DNA of 64,000 nucleotides from Escherichia coli. GTDB taxonomy: Bacteria; Pseudomonadota; Gammaproteobacteria; Enterobacterales; Enterobacteriaceae. How positions within the stretch are numbered: the first letter of the stretch is position 1; each line of letters opens with the position of its first letter. This document shows, one piece after another, positions 15,380 to 27,383 of the stretch. Below the pieces are notes generated by a model, which did no database searches, was not told the DNA's origin, and saw nothing but the letters and a program-made list of their open reading frames with translations. Position numbers and translations under genes: made by a program. Location: NCBI RefSeq assembly GCF_030013205.1, contig NZ_CP122648.1; one strand, 5' to 3'.

Positions 15380-16168
15380 ATGCAAGTCGACCTGCTGAGT
15401 TCCGCGCAATCTGCGCACGCGTTACACCTTTTTCACCAACATTCCCCTCTTGTGCATTGCATGACCAATGATGTGGTGCAAACTTTTACTGCCAATACCT
15501 TACTGGCGCTCGGTGCATCGCCAGCGATGGTTATCGAAACCGAAGAAGCCAGTCAGTTTGCGGCTATCGCCAGTGCGTTGCTGATTAACGTTGGCACACT
15601 GACGCAGCCACGCGCACAGGCGATGCGTGCCGCCGTTGAACAGGCAAAACGCTCTCAAACACCCTGGACGCTTGATCCAGTAGCGGTTGGTGCACTCGAC
15701 TATCGCCGCCGTTTTTGTCTGGAACTTCTGTCTCATAAGCCAACCGCCATACGTGGTAATGCTTCGGAAATCATGGCATTAGCTGGCATTGCTAATGGCG
15801 GACGGGGAGTGGATACCACTGACGCCGCAGCTAATGCGATACCCGCTGCACAAACACTGGCACGGGAAACTGGCGCAATCGTCGTGGTCACAGGCGAGGT
15901 GGATTATGTTACCGATGGCCATTGCACCGTTGGCATTCACGGTGGCGATCCGCTAATGACCAAAGTGGTAGGAACTGGCTGTGCATTATCGGCGGTTGTC
16001 GCTGCCTGTTGTGCGCTACCAGGCGATATGCTGGAAAATGTCGCATCTGCCTGTCACTGGATGAAACAAGCCGGAGAACGCGCAGTCGCCAGTAGCGAGG
16101 GGCCAGGCAGTTTTGTTCCACATTTCCTTGATGCGCTCTGGCAATTGACGCAGGAGGTGCAAGCGTGA
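15380..16168 (+). CDS. thiM: Hydroxyethylthiazole kinase
   Basis: 262-aa ORF ([33 protein letters not shown]...) directly after the TPP riboswitch. Confidence 0.95.
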   Translation: MQVDLLSSAQSAHALHLFHQHSPLVHCMTNDVVQTFTANTLLALGASPAMVIETEEASQFAAIASALLINVGTLTQPRAQAMRAAVEQAKRSQTPWTLDPVAVGALDYRRRFCLELLSHKPTAIRGNASEIMALAGIANGGRGVDTTDAAANAIPAAQTLARETGAIVVVTGEVDYVTDGHCTVGIHGGDPLMTKVVGTGCALSAVVAACCALPGDMLENVASACHWMKQAGERAVASSEGPGSFVPHFLDALWQLTQEVQA

Positions 16169-16965
16169 AACGAATTAACGCTCTGACGATTGCCGGTACT
16201 GATCCGAGTGGTGGTGCGGGGATTCAGGCCGATCTTAAAACCTTCTCGGCACTTGGCGCTTATGGTTGCTCAGTTATTACTGCACTGGTGGCGCAAAATA
16301 CCCGTGGTGTACAGTCGGTGTATCGCATTGAGCCTGATTTTGTCGCCGCCCAGCTCGATTCGGTGTTCAGCGATGTGCGAATCGACACCACTAAAATCGG
16401 TATGTTGGCGGAAACCGATATTGTTGAAGCGGTGGCAGAACGGTTGCAACGTTATCAGATCCAAAACGTGGTACTCGACACCGTTATGCTGGCAAAAAGC
16501 GGCGACCCGCTGCTTTCACCTTCGGCGGTTGCTACGCTGCGCAGTCGATTATTGCCACAGGTTTCATTAATAACGCCAAACTTGCCCGAAGCTGCTGCCT
16601 TGCTCGACGCGCCACACGCGCGCACCGAACAGGAAATGCTGGAACAAGGGCGATCGCTGTTGGCGATGGGCTGTGGCGCAGTGCTAATGAAAGGTGGTCA
16701 TCTGGATGATGAGCAAAGCCCTGACTGGCTGTTTACTCGTGAGGGGGAACAACGATTTACTGCACCGCGCATTATGACCCAAAACACCCACGGCACTGGT
16801 TGTACGCTCTCTGCGGCGTTGGCTGCACTACGCCCGCGCCATACAAACTGGGCTGACACCGTACAGGAGGCAAAAAGCTGGCTTTCATCGGCGTTAGCCC
16901 AGGCCGACACGCTGGAAGTTGGTCACGGTATTGGTCCGGTTCACCACTTCCACGCCTGGTGGTGA
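16165..16965 (+). CDS. thiD: Hydroxymethylpyrimidine / phosphomethylpyrimidine kinase
   Basis: 266-aa ORF overlapping the thiM stop by 4 nt ([27 protein letters not shown]...). Confidence 0.95.
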   Translation: MKRINALTIAGTDPSGGAGIQADLKTFSALGAYGCSVITALVAQNTRGVQSVYRIEPDFVAAQLDSVFSDVRIDTTKIGMLAETDIVEAVAERLQRYQIQNVVLDTVMLAKSGDPLLSPSAVATLRSRLLPQVSLITPNLPEAAALLDAPHARTEQEMLEQGRSLLAMGCGAVLMKGGHLDDEQSPDWLFTREGEQRFTAPRIMTQNTHGTGCTLSAALAALRPRHTNWADTVQEAKSWLSSALAQADTLEVGHGIGPVHHFHAWW

Positions 16966-17020
16966 GCACCGTACTATAGCTGCTTTGGTTATTGTCAGCC
17001 TTTGGCACTGACATTCAGGG

Positions 17021-17848
17021 ATGAAACCAATGCAGCTAAGAATCACCAGTCGAAAAAAACTCACCGCTTTATTATGCGCTCTTGGGCTAATTTCCATCGT
17101 TGCGATTTATCCGCGTCAGACGGTGAATTTTTTCTATTCGACAGCAATTCAGATTAAAGACTACATCCACTTCTACGGTTATCGCCCGGTTAAATCTTTC
17201 GCTATTCGCATTCCTGCCAATTACACCATTCATGGTATTGATGTTTCACGCTGGCAGGAGCGAATCGACTGGCAGCGGGTGGCAAAAATGCGCGATAACG
17301 GTATTCGCTTGCAATTTGCCTTTATCAAGGCTACGGAAGGCGAAAAGCTGGTGGACCCCTATTTTTCGCGTAACTGGCAACTAAGCCGCGAAAATGGCCT
17401 GCTGCGCGGGGCGTATCATTATTTCTCCCCGTCGGTATCCGCTTCAGTTCAGGCGCGATTATTTCTGCAAACGGTGGATTTTGCCCACGGCGATCTCCCT
17501 GCCGTGCTGGACGTAGAAGAACGGGGAAAATTATCGGCAAAAGAATTACGCAAGCGGGTAAGTCAGTGGCTAAAAATGGTCGAAAAAAGTACGGGGAAAA
17601 AGCCGATTATTTACTCAGGAGCCGTTTTTTATCACACGAATCTGGCGGGCTATTTCAATGAATATCCGTGGTGGGTGGCTCACTATTATCAACGTCGTCC
17701 GGACAATGACGGCATGGCCTGGCGCTTCTGGCAGCATTCCGACCGTGGACAGGTAGATGGCATTAATGGTCCGGTGGATTTTAATGTGTTTAATGGCACG
17801 GTGGAGGAGTTGCAGGTATTCGTTGATGGGATTAAAGAAACGCCTTAA
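17021..17848 (+). CDS. yegX: Glycoside hydrolase family 25 (lysozyme-like) protein
   Basis: 275-aa ORF with an N-terminal membrane anchor. GH25-type sequence (IHGIDVSRWQERIDW ... GAYHYF ... DFNVFNG). Confidence 0.85.
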   Translation: MKPMQLRITSRKKLTALLCALGLISIVAIYPRQTVNFFYSTAIQIKDYIHFYGYRPVKSFAIRIPANYTIHGIDVSRWQERIDWQRVAKMRDNGIRLQFAFIKATEGEKLVDPYFSRNWQLSRENGLLRGAYHYFSPSVSASVQARLFLQTVDFAHGDLPAVLDVEERGKLSAKELRKRVSQWLKMVEKSTGKKPIIYSGAVFYHTNLAGYFNEYPWWVAHYYQRRPDNDGMAWRFWQHSDRGQVDGINGPVDFNVFNGTVEELQVFVDGIKETP

Positions 17849-17899
17849 ATAAGAAGCAGTGATATACTCCCACCAGACTCCCTGGCAGGAAAAAGACAA

Positions 17900-18646
17900 A
17901 TGGAACAAGCGCATACCCAGCTGATTGCCCAACTGAACGAACGTATTTTAGCGGCGGATAACACGCCGCTTTATATTAAGTTTGCCGAAACGGTAAAAAA
18001 TGCCGTGCGCAGCGGGGTGCTGGAGCATGGCAATATTTTGCCCGGTGAGCGTGATTTAAGTCAGTTAACCGGCGTTTCGCGCATTACGGTGCGCAAGGCG
18101 ATGCAGGCGCTGGAAGAAGAGGGCGTGGTGACGCGTTCGCGTGGTTACGGTACGCAGATCAACAACATCTTCGAATACTCGTTGAAAGAAGCGCGAGGTT
18201 TTTCTCAGCAGGTGGTATTGCGCGGGAAAAAGCCCGATACGCTATGGGTTAACAAGCGTGTCGTGAAATGTCCCGAAGAAGTCGCGCAGCAGCTGGCGGT
18301 CGAAGCGGGAAGTGATGTCTTTTTGCTTAAGCGTATTCGCTATGTCGATGAAGAAGCGGTATCGATTGAGGAATCGTGGGTTCCGGCGCATTTAATTCAT
18401 GATGTTGATGCCATCGGGATTTCTCTTTATGACTATTTCCGCAGCCAGCACATTTACCCACAACGTACGCGTTCCCGCGTTAGCGCCCGGATGCCGGATG
18501 CCGAGTTTCAGTCACATATTCAGTTAGATAGCAAAATACCGGTGCTGGTGATCAAGCAAGTGGCGCTTGACCAACAGCAACGGCCTATTGAGTACAGCAT
18601 CAGCCACTGTCGCAGCGATCTATACGTTTTTGTGTGCGAGGAGTAG
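17900..18646 (+). CDS. yegW: GntR/HutC-family transcriptional regulator
   Basis: 248 aa with an N-terminal GntR HTH (LPGERDLSQLTGVSRITVRKAMQALEEEGVV) and a UTRA-type C-terminal domain. Confidence 0.9.
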   Translation: MEQAHTQLIAQLNERILAADNTPLYIKFAETVKNAVRSGVLEHGNILPGERDLSQLTGVSRITVRKAMQALEEEGVVTRSRGYGTQINNIFEYSLKEARGFSQQVVLRGKKPDTLWVNKRVVKCPEEVAQQLAVEAGSDVFLLKRIRYVDEEAVSIEESWVPAHLIHDVDAIGISLYDYFRSQHIYPQRTRSRVSARMPDAEFQSHIQLDSKIPVLVIKQVALDQQQRPIEYSISHCRSDLYVFVCEE

Positions 18647-19585
18647 TTCCTCGCGCGTTGGCGCACAATCACCGCCCCGATGCCCGACAACCCACGACGC
18701 CACTGCATTGCCCAGTAATACAGCATCCGCCAGTGGCAGACCAGAGGCCAGCCCGGCAAGTACGCCACCTGCATGACTGTCGCCCGCCCCAATGGTGTCT
18801 ACAACTTGCGTTGGATATGCCGGAATGCAGCCAGAAGCGTCGTTGCTGAAATACCATGCGCCTTCTTTATCGAGACGAACGATCAACGGCGCGGCAAATT
18901 TCTCCTGCCATTGCTTGCCAAGTGTTGTTATCTCTGCGGATAAAGCAAAACGTTCGGCGGCAATCTCAGCCTCCTGACGATTGAGTGACACTAAAGGTCG
19001 ACAGGCCATGATCCGCGCCAGTAATGCGTCCGGGATATCGCCAATACGTGGGCCAAAATCGATAAACGGCGTCACGTCTTGCAGCTCTTCCAGCCATTCC
19101 ACTAACAATTCGCCGCAGGGCGAGGCCAGTTGATAACCGGAAAAATAGAGCAGGCTGCCAGGCGCAACGGTTAATCGCGCCAGCCACTGGCGATTCCATT
19201 GATTTTCCACACCGCTGAATGACATAAAAGTGCGTTCGCCATCCGGCTCAACCAGCGCCAGACACCAGCCGTTATCGCCTTCGGCGTTATCGATCAGGCT
19301 GATTAACCCCTCTTTCGCCATCCGGTTGCGAATAATCTCCGCCCACACGCCCTGACCGAGCGGCAAGGCATTACCCGCTTCGATGCCGAGGCGCTTTAAC
19401 GCCACGGCAATATTCAGTGCGCAGCCGCCAACGTTAACGCTCTGCTGTTTCAGTTCGATATCGCACCCGCGCCAGGGGAGGGCATAAGCGTCGGCGATCA
19501 CATCAATGACCGCCGCGCCGACGACCATCACCGGCTGACGCGTGGCTAATTCAGGCAGCAGCGTGTGTAATCGAGCGCCGCTCAT
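18620..19585 (-). CDS. yegV: PfkB-family sugar/nucleoside kinase
   Basis: 321 aa with a C-terminal PfkB signature (DTIGAGDSHAGG). Confidence 0.9.
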   Translation of the reverse strand: MSGARLHTLLPELATRQPVMVVGAAVIDVIADAYALPWRGCDIELKQQSVNVGGCALNIAVALKRLGIEAGNALPLGQGVWAEIIRNRMAKEGLISLIDNAEGDNGWCLALVEPDGERTFMSFSGVENQWNRQWLARLTVAPGSLLYFSGYQLASPCGELLVEWLEELQDVTPFIDFGPRIGDIPDALLARIMACRPLVSLNRQEAEIAAERFALSAEITTLGKQWQEKFAAPLIVRLDKEGAWYFSNDASGCIPAYPTQVVDTIGAGDSHAGGVLAGLASGLPLADAVLLGNAVASWVVGHRGGDCAPTREELLLAHKNV

Positions 19586-20586
19586 ATCGCCTCCCGTTGT
19601 TGGCGATACTTCGCCAGCGCCGTGGCATAGCGGTTGAAATCAAGCTGATTTACCGCATCCAGTTCCGCCTTTAACGCAGGATCGATAGCGTTAATGCCAT
19701 GCAACGCGCCGCAGATTGCCGTCGCCATAGCACCGATGGTGTCTGTATCGCCGCCAAGGTTAGCGCAGAGGACGGCGCAACGGTTCGGATCGGTTTGTGC
19801 CAGTTCAACCAGCGCAATGGCGCACGGAACGGACTCAATAGTGCTGGTACCTGCGCCAACGACCTGGTAAAGCTGTTCGCTGGCGGATTCGATGCCGTCG
19901 GCATTGCGCACAATTTTCAGCGCAATCTCCAGACGTGCTGCCAGTGAGGCGCTGAAGGTAGTGATGCGTTTTTGTTGAGCATGTCGCGCAATTGAAGGCA
20001 GTGGATCAACAATTGCTGACCAGCTTTCTCCGTCAATGGCACGAGAAATCGCCCATGCGATGACTACCGCCCCCGCAACCGCCAGATCGGATTTATGTGT
20101 CGGGCTGGAGGCCAGCGCCACATCATCAATAAAGGAATCAACATCACGCGCCGGAAGCAAACAACCTAATGGCGAGACGCGCATCGCTGCGCCGTTGGTC
20201 ACGCCGTTATTTTCCAGTTCAGCAACGGGTTTACCGTCGCGAATGGCGTTAAGCGCAATCTTCGAGGTCGGACCTAGTACGTTTTTGTTAAAGGCGTCGA
20301 AACGCAGCGCCCAGTCGAGAATATTACGCCCAATCAGATCCGGATCGATCTTGCCTTCACGTTCCAGTAACGCATCCGCCAGACACAGCGCCATCGAGGT
20401 ATCGTCGGTGAATTCGGCGCGGTTAAAATAACAGGCTGCGTTATTCTCCTTTGGCCCAGGCAGAAAACGGTCAATCCAGCCAAAGTGCGCTTTGACGCGA
20501 CTGCGCGGCCAAAGCTCGGAGGGCATCCCCATCGCATCCCCTAACGCCTGCCCATAAAGAGCACCGAGAATACGTTCTGTTTTCAT
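19582..20586 (-). CDS. yegU: ADP-ribosylglycohydrolase-family protein
   Basis: 334 aa (GALYGQALGDAMGMP ... GGDTDTIGAM motifs). Its ends overlap yegV and yegT by 4 nt. Confidence 0.9.
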   Translation of the reverse strand: MKTERILGALYGQALGDAMGMPSELWPRSRVKAHFGWIDRFLPGPKENNAACYFNRAEFTDDTSMALCLADALLEREGKIDPDLIGRNILDWALRFDAFNKNVLGPTSKIALNAIRDGKPVAELENNGVTNGAAMRVSPLGCLLPARDVDSFIDDVALASSPTHKSDLAVAGAVVIAWAISRAIDGESWSAIVDPLPSIARHAQQKRITTFSASLAARLEIALKIVRNADGIESASEQLYQVVGAGTSTIESVPCAIALVELAQTDPNRCAVLCANLGGDTDTIGAMATAICGALHGINAIDPALKAELDAVNQLDFNRYATALAKYRQQREAI

Positions 20587-21860
20587 TTAACTTCCCCTTG
20601 TGTCAACGCAATATCGCGATCATCGACCTTGATAGCCGTAATTTCGTTGTCGGATTCGCGGAAAAAAATCATGAACAGCACGGCGATAATGGCAATCATC
20701 ACCGCGCCGAAAGTCCACATCCCGGACCAGTTGAAAGTCAGTCCGTTTACCGGTTCCTGATAAGCGAACATCTTTTCCATCATCACACCGCCAAGACGAT
20801 AGCCGAGCAAACTGCCGAAGCCCTGGCAGCAGAGCGTGATCAGCCCCTGCGCGGCGGTACGCATATGCACGGGGGCTTTTTTATCGACATAGATGTAAGC
20901 GGTAACGTAGTAAAAATCGTAACTTACGCCGTGCAGCAAAATGCCGAGGAACAGTAACGCGTAGGTGAAATATTCATCCGCACTACCGTAAATAAAGAAG
21001 CCATAGCGGATCGCAGCGGTGACCAGACCAAGTAATAATACCTTTTTGATACCAAAGCGTTTGGTGAAAAACGGCAATGCCAGCATAAAGACGATTTCAG
21101 AGAACTGGCCGAGCGTCATCCAGCCAGTGGCGTTTTTCATACCGACTTCGGTCAGATAACCGTTGGCAAAGATGTAATAGAACGCCAGTGGCATCGCAAA
21201 CAGGAATGAACAGAAGAAAAAGACGAGGAAGTTTTTATCGCGCAGCAGGATCAGCGCATCCAGGCCGAGCATGACTTTAATGTCCATTTTGCCGGTGCTT
21301 TTTGGCGGCGTGTCGGGCAGGAAAAACGCAAACACACCGAGCAGAGCAGAACTTCCGGCGGTAATCAGCAGCGGGATGTTAGTCGGAGAAATATCGGCAT
21401 AACCCAGCATTTGCGGCAAAAATCCACATGCCAGACCGGAGGCAATCCAGCCGATAGTGCCCATCACACGAATGCGTGGGAAATCACGCTCCACATCCGG
21501 CACGTTGGCAAAAGCGATACTGTTAGTCAGCGCAATGGTCGGCATATAGGTTAGCGAGTAGGCCAGCAGTAACGGGAAGAACCCGGCAAAAGTGGTCTGT
21601 TGCGCAGCGAAATACATCAGCGCCGCACCAGCGAACATCAATACCGCCAGCACTTTCTGCGCCGAGAAAAAGCGGTCAGTGATGGAGCCAACCAGAATTG
21701 GCGACAGGATCGCCGCAATGGCGGTACAGGCATACGACCAGCCAATTTCTCCGGCACTAAAACCGCTTTTACTTAACCACAACCACAATGGCACAAACCA
21801 CGCGCCCCAGATAAACCATTCAACAAACATCATGAACGACAGCTTTGCTGTTGTTTTCAT
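20583..21860 (-). CDS. yegT: MFS nucleoside:H+ symporter family transporter
   Basis: 425-aa polytopic membrane protein, first gene of the yegTUV unit. Confidence 0.9.
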   Translation of the reverse strand: MKTTAKLSFMMFVEWFIWGAWFVPLWLWLSKSGFSAGEIGWSYACTAIAAILSPILVGSITDRFFSAQKVLAVLMFAGAALMYFAAQQTTFAGFFPLLLAYSLTYMPTIALTNSIAFANVPDVERDFPRIRVMGTIGWIASGLACGFLPQMLGYADISPTNIPLLITAGSSALLGVFAFFLPDTPPKSTGKMDIKVMLGLDALILLRDKNFLVFFFCSFLFAMPLAFYYIFANGYLTEVGMKNATGWMTLGQFSEIVFMLALPFFTKRFGIKKVLLLGLVTAAIRYGFFIYGSADEYFTYALLFLGILLHGVSYDFYYVTAYIYVDKKAPVHMRTAAQGLITLCCQGFGSLLGYRLGGVMMEKMFAYQEPVNGLTFNWSGMWTFGAVMIAIIAVLFMIFFRESDNEITAIKVDDRDIALTQGEVK

Positions 21861-22116
21861 CTTTTAATTCCTTCATGACAGGTAATGTAAGGTACGCGAT
21901 GACAATACCATTTAATAATACCTTTTAAATACCTTTGCGGTGAAAACTTGACCGCGGTAACATTTTTTCTGATGAATCGAGCCAACAGAAAACGCTGAAA
22001 AAACATCCAAAAGATGGAAAAACTCGCCTGTAACGACCAGGATTATGATTGCCCGCAAAAGGCGGGCCAGGACAATCCATAGCCGATATCCAATCGGAAT
22101 TTACGGGAGCATAGTA

Positions 22117-23169
22117 ATGACAGATATTGCGCAGTTGCTTGGCAAAGACGCCGACAACCTTTTACAGCACCGTTGTATGACTATTCCTTCTGACCAGCTT
22201 TATCTCCCCGGACATGACTACGTAGACCGCGTGATGATTGACAATAATCGCCCGCCAGCGGTGTTACGTAATATGCAGACGTTGTACAACACTGGGCGTC
22301 TGGCTGGCACAGGATATCTTTCTATTCTGCCCGTTGACCAGGGCGTTGAGCACTCTGCCGGAGCTTCATTTGCCGCTAACCCGCTCTACTTTGACCCGAA
22401 AAACATTGTTGAACTGGCGATCGAAGCGGGCTGTAACTGTGTGGCGTCAACTTACGGCGTGCTGGCGTCGGTATCGCGGCGTTACGCGCATCGCATTCCA
22501 TTCCTCGTCAAACTTAATCACAACGAGACGCTAAGTTACCCGAATACCTACGATCAAACGCTGTATGCCAGCGTGGAGCAGGCGTTCAACATGGGCGCGG
22601 TGGCGGTTGGTGCGACTATCTATTTTGGCTCGGAAGAGTCACGTCGCCAGATTGAAGAAATTTCTGCGGCTTTTGAACGTGCGCACGAGCTGGGCATGGT
22701 GACAGTGCTGTGGGCCTATTTGCGTAACTCCGCCTTTAAGAAAGATGGCGTTGATTACCATGTTTCCGCCGACCTGACTGGTCAGGCGAACCATCTGGCG
22801 GCAACCATAGGTGCAGATATCGTCAAACAAAAAATGGCTGAAAATAACGGCGGCTATAAAGCGATTAATTACGGTTATACCGACGATCGCGTGTACAGCA
22901 AGTTGACCAGCGAAAACCCGATTGATCTGGTGCGTTATCAGTTAGCTAACTGCTATATGGGCCGCGCAGGGTTGATAAACTCCGGCGGTGCTGCAGGCGG
23001 TGAAACTGACCTCAGCGATGCAGTGCGTACTGCGATTATCAACAAACGCGCTGGCGGAATGGGGCTGATTCTTGGACGTAAGGCGTTCAAGAAATCGATG
23101 GCTGACGGCGTGAAACTGATTAACGCCGTGCAGGACGTTTATCTCGATAGCAAAATTACTATCGCCTGA
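22117..23169 (+). CDS. fbaB: Fructose-bisphosphate aldolase class I
   Basis: 350 aa from ATG 22117 ([32 protein letters not shown]...). The track ORF has a 24-aa upstream extension. Confidence 0.9.
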   Translation: MTDIAQLLGKDADNLLQHRCMTIPSDQLYLPGHDYVDRVMIDNNRPPAVLRNMQTLYNTGRLAGTGYLSILPVDQGVEHSAGASFAANPLYFDPKNIVELAIEAGCNCVASTYGVLASVSRRYAHRIPFLVKLNHNETLSYPNTYDQTLYASVEQAFNMGAVAVGATIYFGSEESRRQIEEISAAFERAHELGMVTVLWAYLRNSAFKKDGVDYHVSADLTGQANHLAATIGADIVKQKMAENNGGYKAINYGYTDDRVYSKLTSENPIDLVRYQLANCYMGRAGLINSGGAAGGETDLSDAVRTAIINKRAGGMGLILGRKAFKKSMADGVKLINAVQDVYLDSKITIA

Positions 23170-23204
23170 TACGCCTTATACGAACAGCACTACCCCGTAT
23201 GACG

Positions 23205-23232
23205 GAAAAGGCGTTTACGTCGCATCCGGCAT
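23205..23232. repeat. REP (repetitive extragenic palindrome)-like element
   Basis: GGCGTTTACGTCGCATCCGGCA resembles the canonical E. coli REP consensus. Confidence 0.5.
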
Positions 23233-23253
23233 AAAAACACGCGCACTTTGCTA

Positions 23254-23282
23254 CGGCTTCCCTATCGGGAGGCCGTTTTTTT
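23254..23282 (+). terminator. Rho-independent terminator after fbaB
   Basis: CGGCTTCCC (23254-23262) pairs with GGGAGGCCG (23267-23275), followed by TTTTTTT. Confidence 0.75.
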
Positions 23283-23342
23283 GCCTGTCATTCTGATTAA
23301 TTTTCGAATTGTCGTTTTTGTGATCGTTATCTCGACATTTAA

Positions 23343-25542
<2,200 letters not shown>

Positions 25543-25551
25543 GGACGGTAT

Positions 25552-26004
25552 ATGACTAACCTGTTTGTTCGTAGCGGAATTTCTTTTGTCGATCGTAGCG
25601 AAGTTTTAACCCATATCGGTAATGAGATGCTCGCGAAAGGTGTGGTTCATGATACATGGCCACAGGCATTAATTGCCAGAGAAGCAGAATTCCCTACCGG
25701 GATAATGCTTGAGCAGCACGCCATTGCAATACCGCATTGTGAGGCGATTCATGCTAAGTCGTCAGCCATTTATCTGTTAAGGCCAACAAATAAAGTTCAT
25801 TTTCAGCAAGCGGATGATGATAACGACGTGGCGGTATCGTTGGTTATTGCGTTAATTGTGGAAAATCCGCAGCAGCAATTGAAACTTTTACGCTGTTTAT
25901 TTGGCAAGTTACAACAGCCCGAGATCGTCGAGACACTAATCACTCTTCCTGAAACCCAGTTAAAGGAATACTTCACAAAGTATGTTTTAGATTCAGACGA
26001 ATAA
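25552..26004 (+). CDS. gatA: Galactitol PTS EIIA
   Basis: 150-aa ORF in the gat operon. Confidence 0.9.
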   Translation: MTNLFVRSGISFVDRSEVLTHIGNEMLAKGVVHDTWPQALIAREAEFPTGIMLEQHAIAIPHCEAIHAKSSAIYLLRPTNKVHFQQADDDNDVAVSLVIALIVENPQQQLKLLRCLFGKLQQPEIVETLITLPETQLKEYFTKYVLDSDE

Positions 26005-26034
26005 ATCCCTCTGTAACAATAAAAAGGACTATTT

Positions 26035-26319
26035 ATGAAACGCAAGATTATTGTCGCTTGCGGAGGCGCGGTTGCGACCTCTACGATGGCGGCGGAAGAA
26101 ATTAAAGAGTTGTGTCAGAGTCATAATATTCCTGTTGAATTAATCCAGTGTCGGGTTAATGAAATAGAAACCTATATGGATGGCGTGCATTTGATATGCA
26201 CCACTGCCAGGGTGGATCGAAGTTTTGGCGATATTCCGTTAGTTCACGGCATGCCTTTTGTTTCTGGTGTCGGTATCGAAGCATTACAAAATAAAATTCT
26301 GACTATCTTACAGGGGTGA
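26035..26319 (+). CDS. gatB: Galactitol PTS EIIB
   Basis: 94-aa ORF ([27 protein letters not shown]...). Confidence 0.9.
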
Positions 26320-26322
26320 CCT

Positions 26323-27336
26323 ATGTTTTCAGAAGTCATGCGTTATATTCTCGACCTCGGCCCTACGGTGATGCTGCCAATTGTCATCATTATTTTTTCT
26401 AAAATATTAGGCATGAAGGCAGGCGATTGCTTTAAAGCGGGTCTGCATATCGGGATTGGCTTTGTTGGCATTGGCCTTGTGATTGGCTTAATGCTGGATT
26501 CCATTGGCCCGGCGGCGAAAGCGATGGCGGAAAATTTCGACCTGAATCTGCATGTGGTCGATGTCGGTTGGCCGGGCTCTTCACCAATGACCTGGGCGTC
26601 GCAAATTGCGCTGGTGGCGATTCCGATTGCGATTCTGGTTAACGTGGCGATGCTACTGACCCGTATGACGCGGGTGGTAAATGTTGATATCTGGAATATC
26701 TGGCATATGACCTTCACCGGCGCATTGCTGCATCTGGCAACCGGTTCATGGATGATAGGGATGGCGGGTGTGGTAATTCACGCGGCGTTTGTTTATAAGC
26801 TCGGCGACTGGTTTGCCCGCGATACCCGAAATTTCTTTGAGCTGGAAGGCATTGCTATTCCGCACGGTACGTCGGCGTATCTGGGGCATACGGCGGTGGT
26901 ATCGGCAAGCCTGATTTTTATCCCGCTCACCATTTTAATTGCTGTTTGTGTGCCGGGTAATCAGGTGCTGCCGTTTGGCGATCTTGCAACTATCGGCTTC
27001 TTTGTGGCGATGGCAGTTGCCGTGCATCGTGGAAATCTGTTCCGCACCTTAATCTCGGGTGTCATCATTATGAGCATCACCCTGTGGATCGCGACGCAAA
27101 CTATTGGTTTGCACACCCAACTGGCGGCTAATGCTGGGGCGTTAAAAGCCGGGGGTATGGTGGCTTCAATGGATCAGGGCGGTTCTCCCATTACCTGGTT
27201 ACTGATTCAGGTTTTCTCCCCGCAAAATATTCCCGGTTTCATTATTATCGGCGCAATTTATCTGACCGGTATTTTCATGACCTGGCGTAGAGCGCGTGGT
27301 TTTATTAAACAAGAGAAAGCCGTTCTCGCAGAATAA
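26323..27336 (+). CDS. gatC: Galactitol PTS EIIC, apparently carrying a large in-frame internal deletion (337 aa; I recall about 451 aa for GatC)
   Basis: The N-terminus (MFSEVMRYILDLGPTVMLPIV...) and C-terminus (...RARGFIKQEKAVLAE) look native, but the protein is about 114 aa short. The suspected junction is near GTSAYLG/HTAVVSASL (about 26885). Confidence 0.7.
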   Translation: MFSEVMRYILDLGPTVMLPIVIIIFSKILGMKAGDCFKAGLHIGIGFVGIGLVIGLMLDSIGPAAKAMAENFDLNLHVVDVGWPGSSPMTWASQIALVAIPIAILVNVAMLLTRMTRVVNVDIWNIWHMTFTGALLHLATGSWMIGMAGVVIHAAFVYKLGDWFARDTRNFFELEGIAIPHGTSAYLGHTAVVSASLIFIPLTILIAVCVPGNQVLPFGDLATIGFFVAMAVAVHRGNLFRTLISGVIIMSITLWIATQTIGLHTQLAANAGALKAGGMVASMDQGGSPITWLLIQVFSPQNIPGFIIIGAIYLTGIFMTWRRARGFIKQEKAVLAE

Positions 27337-27383
27337 TTTTTACCTGAGGGGGAGGTAATCCCCCTTAACAATCAGGAGTTTTT

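Noticed and set aside
16190-16570. 126-aa alternative-frame ORF inside thiD, and similar ones in thiM, yegV, yegU and gatY
   Set aside because: They are embedded in confidently identified genes and have no independent signals.
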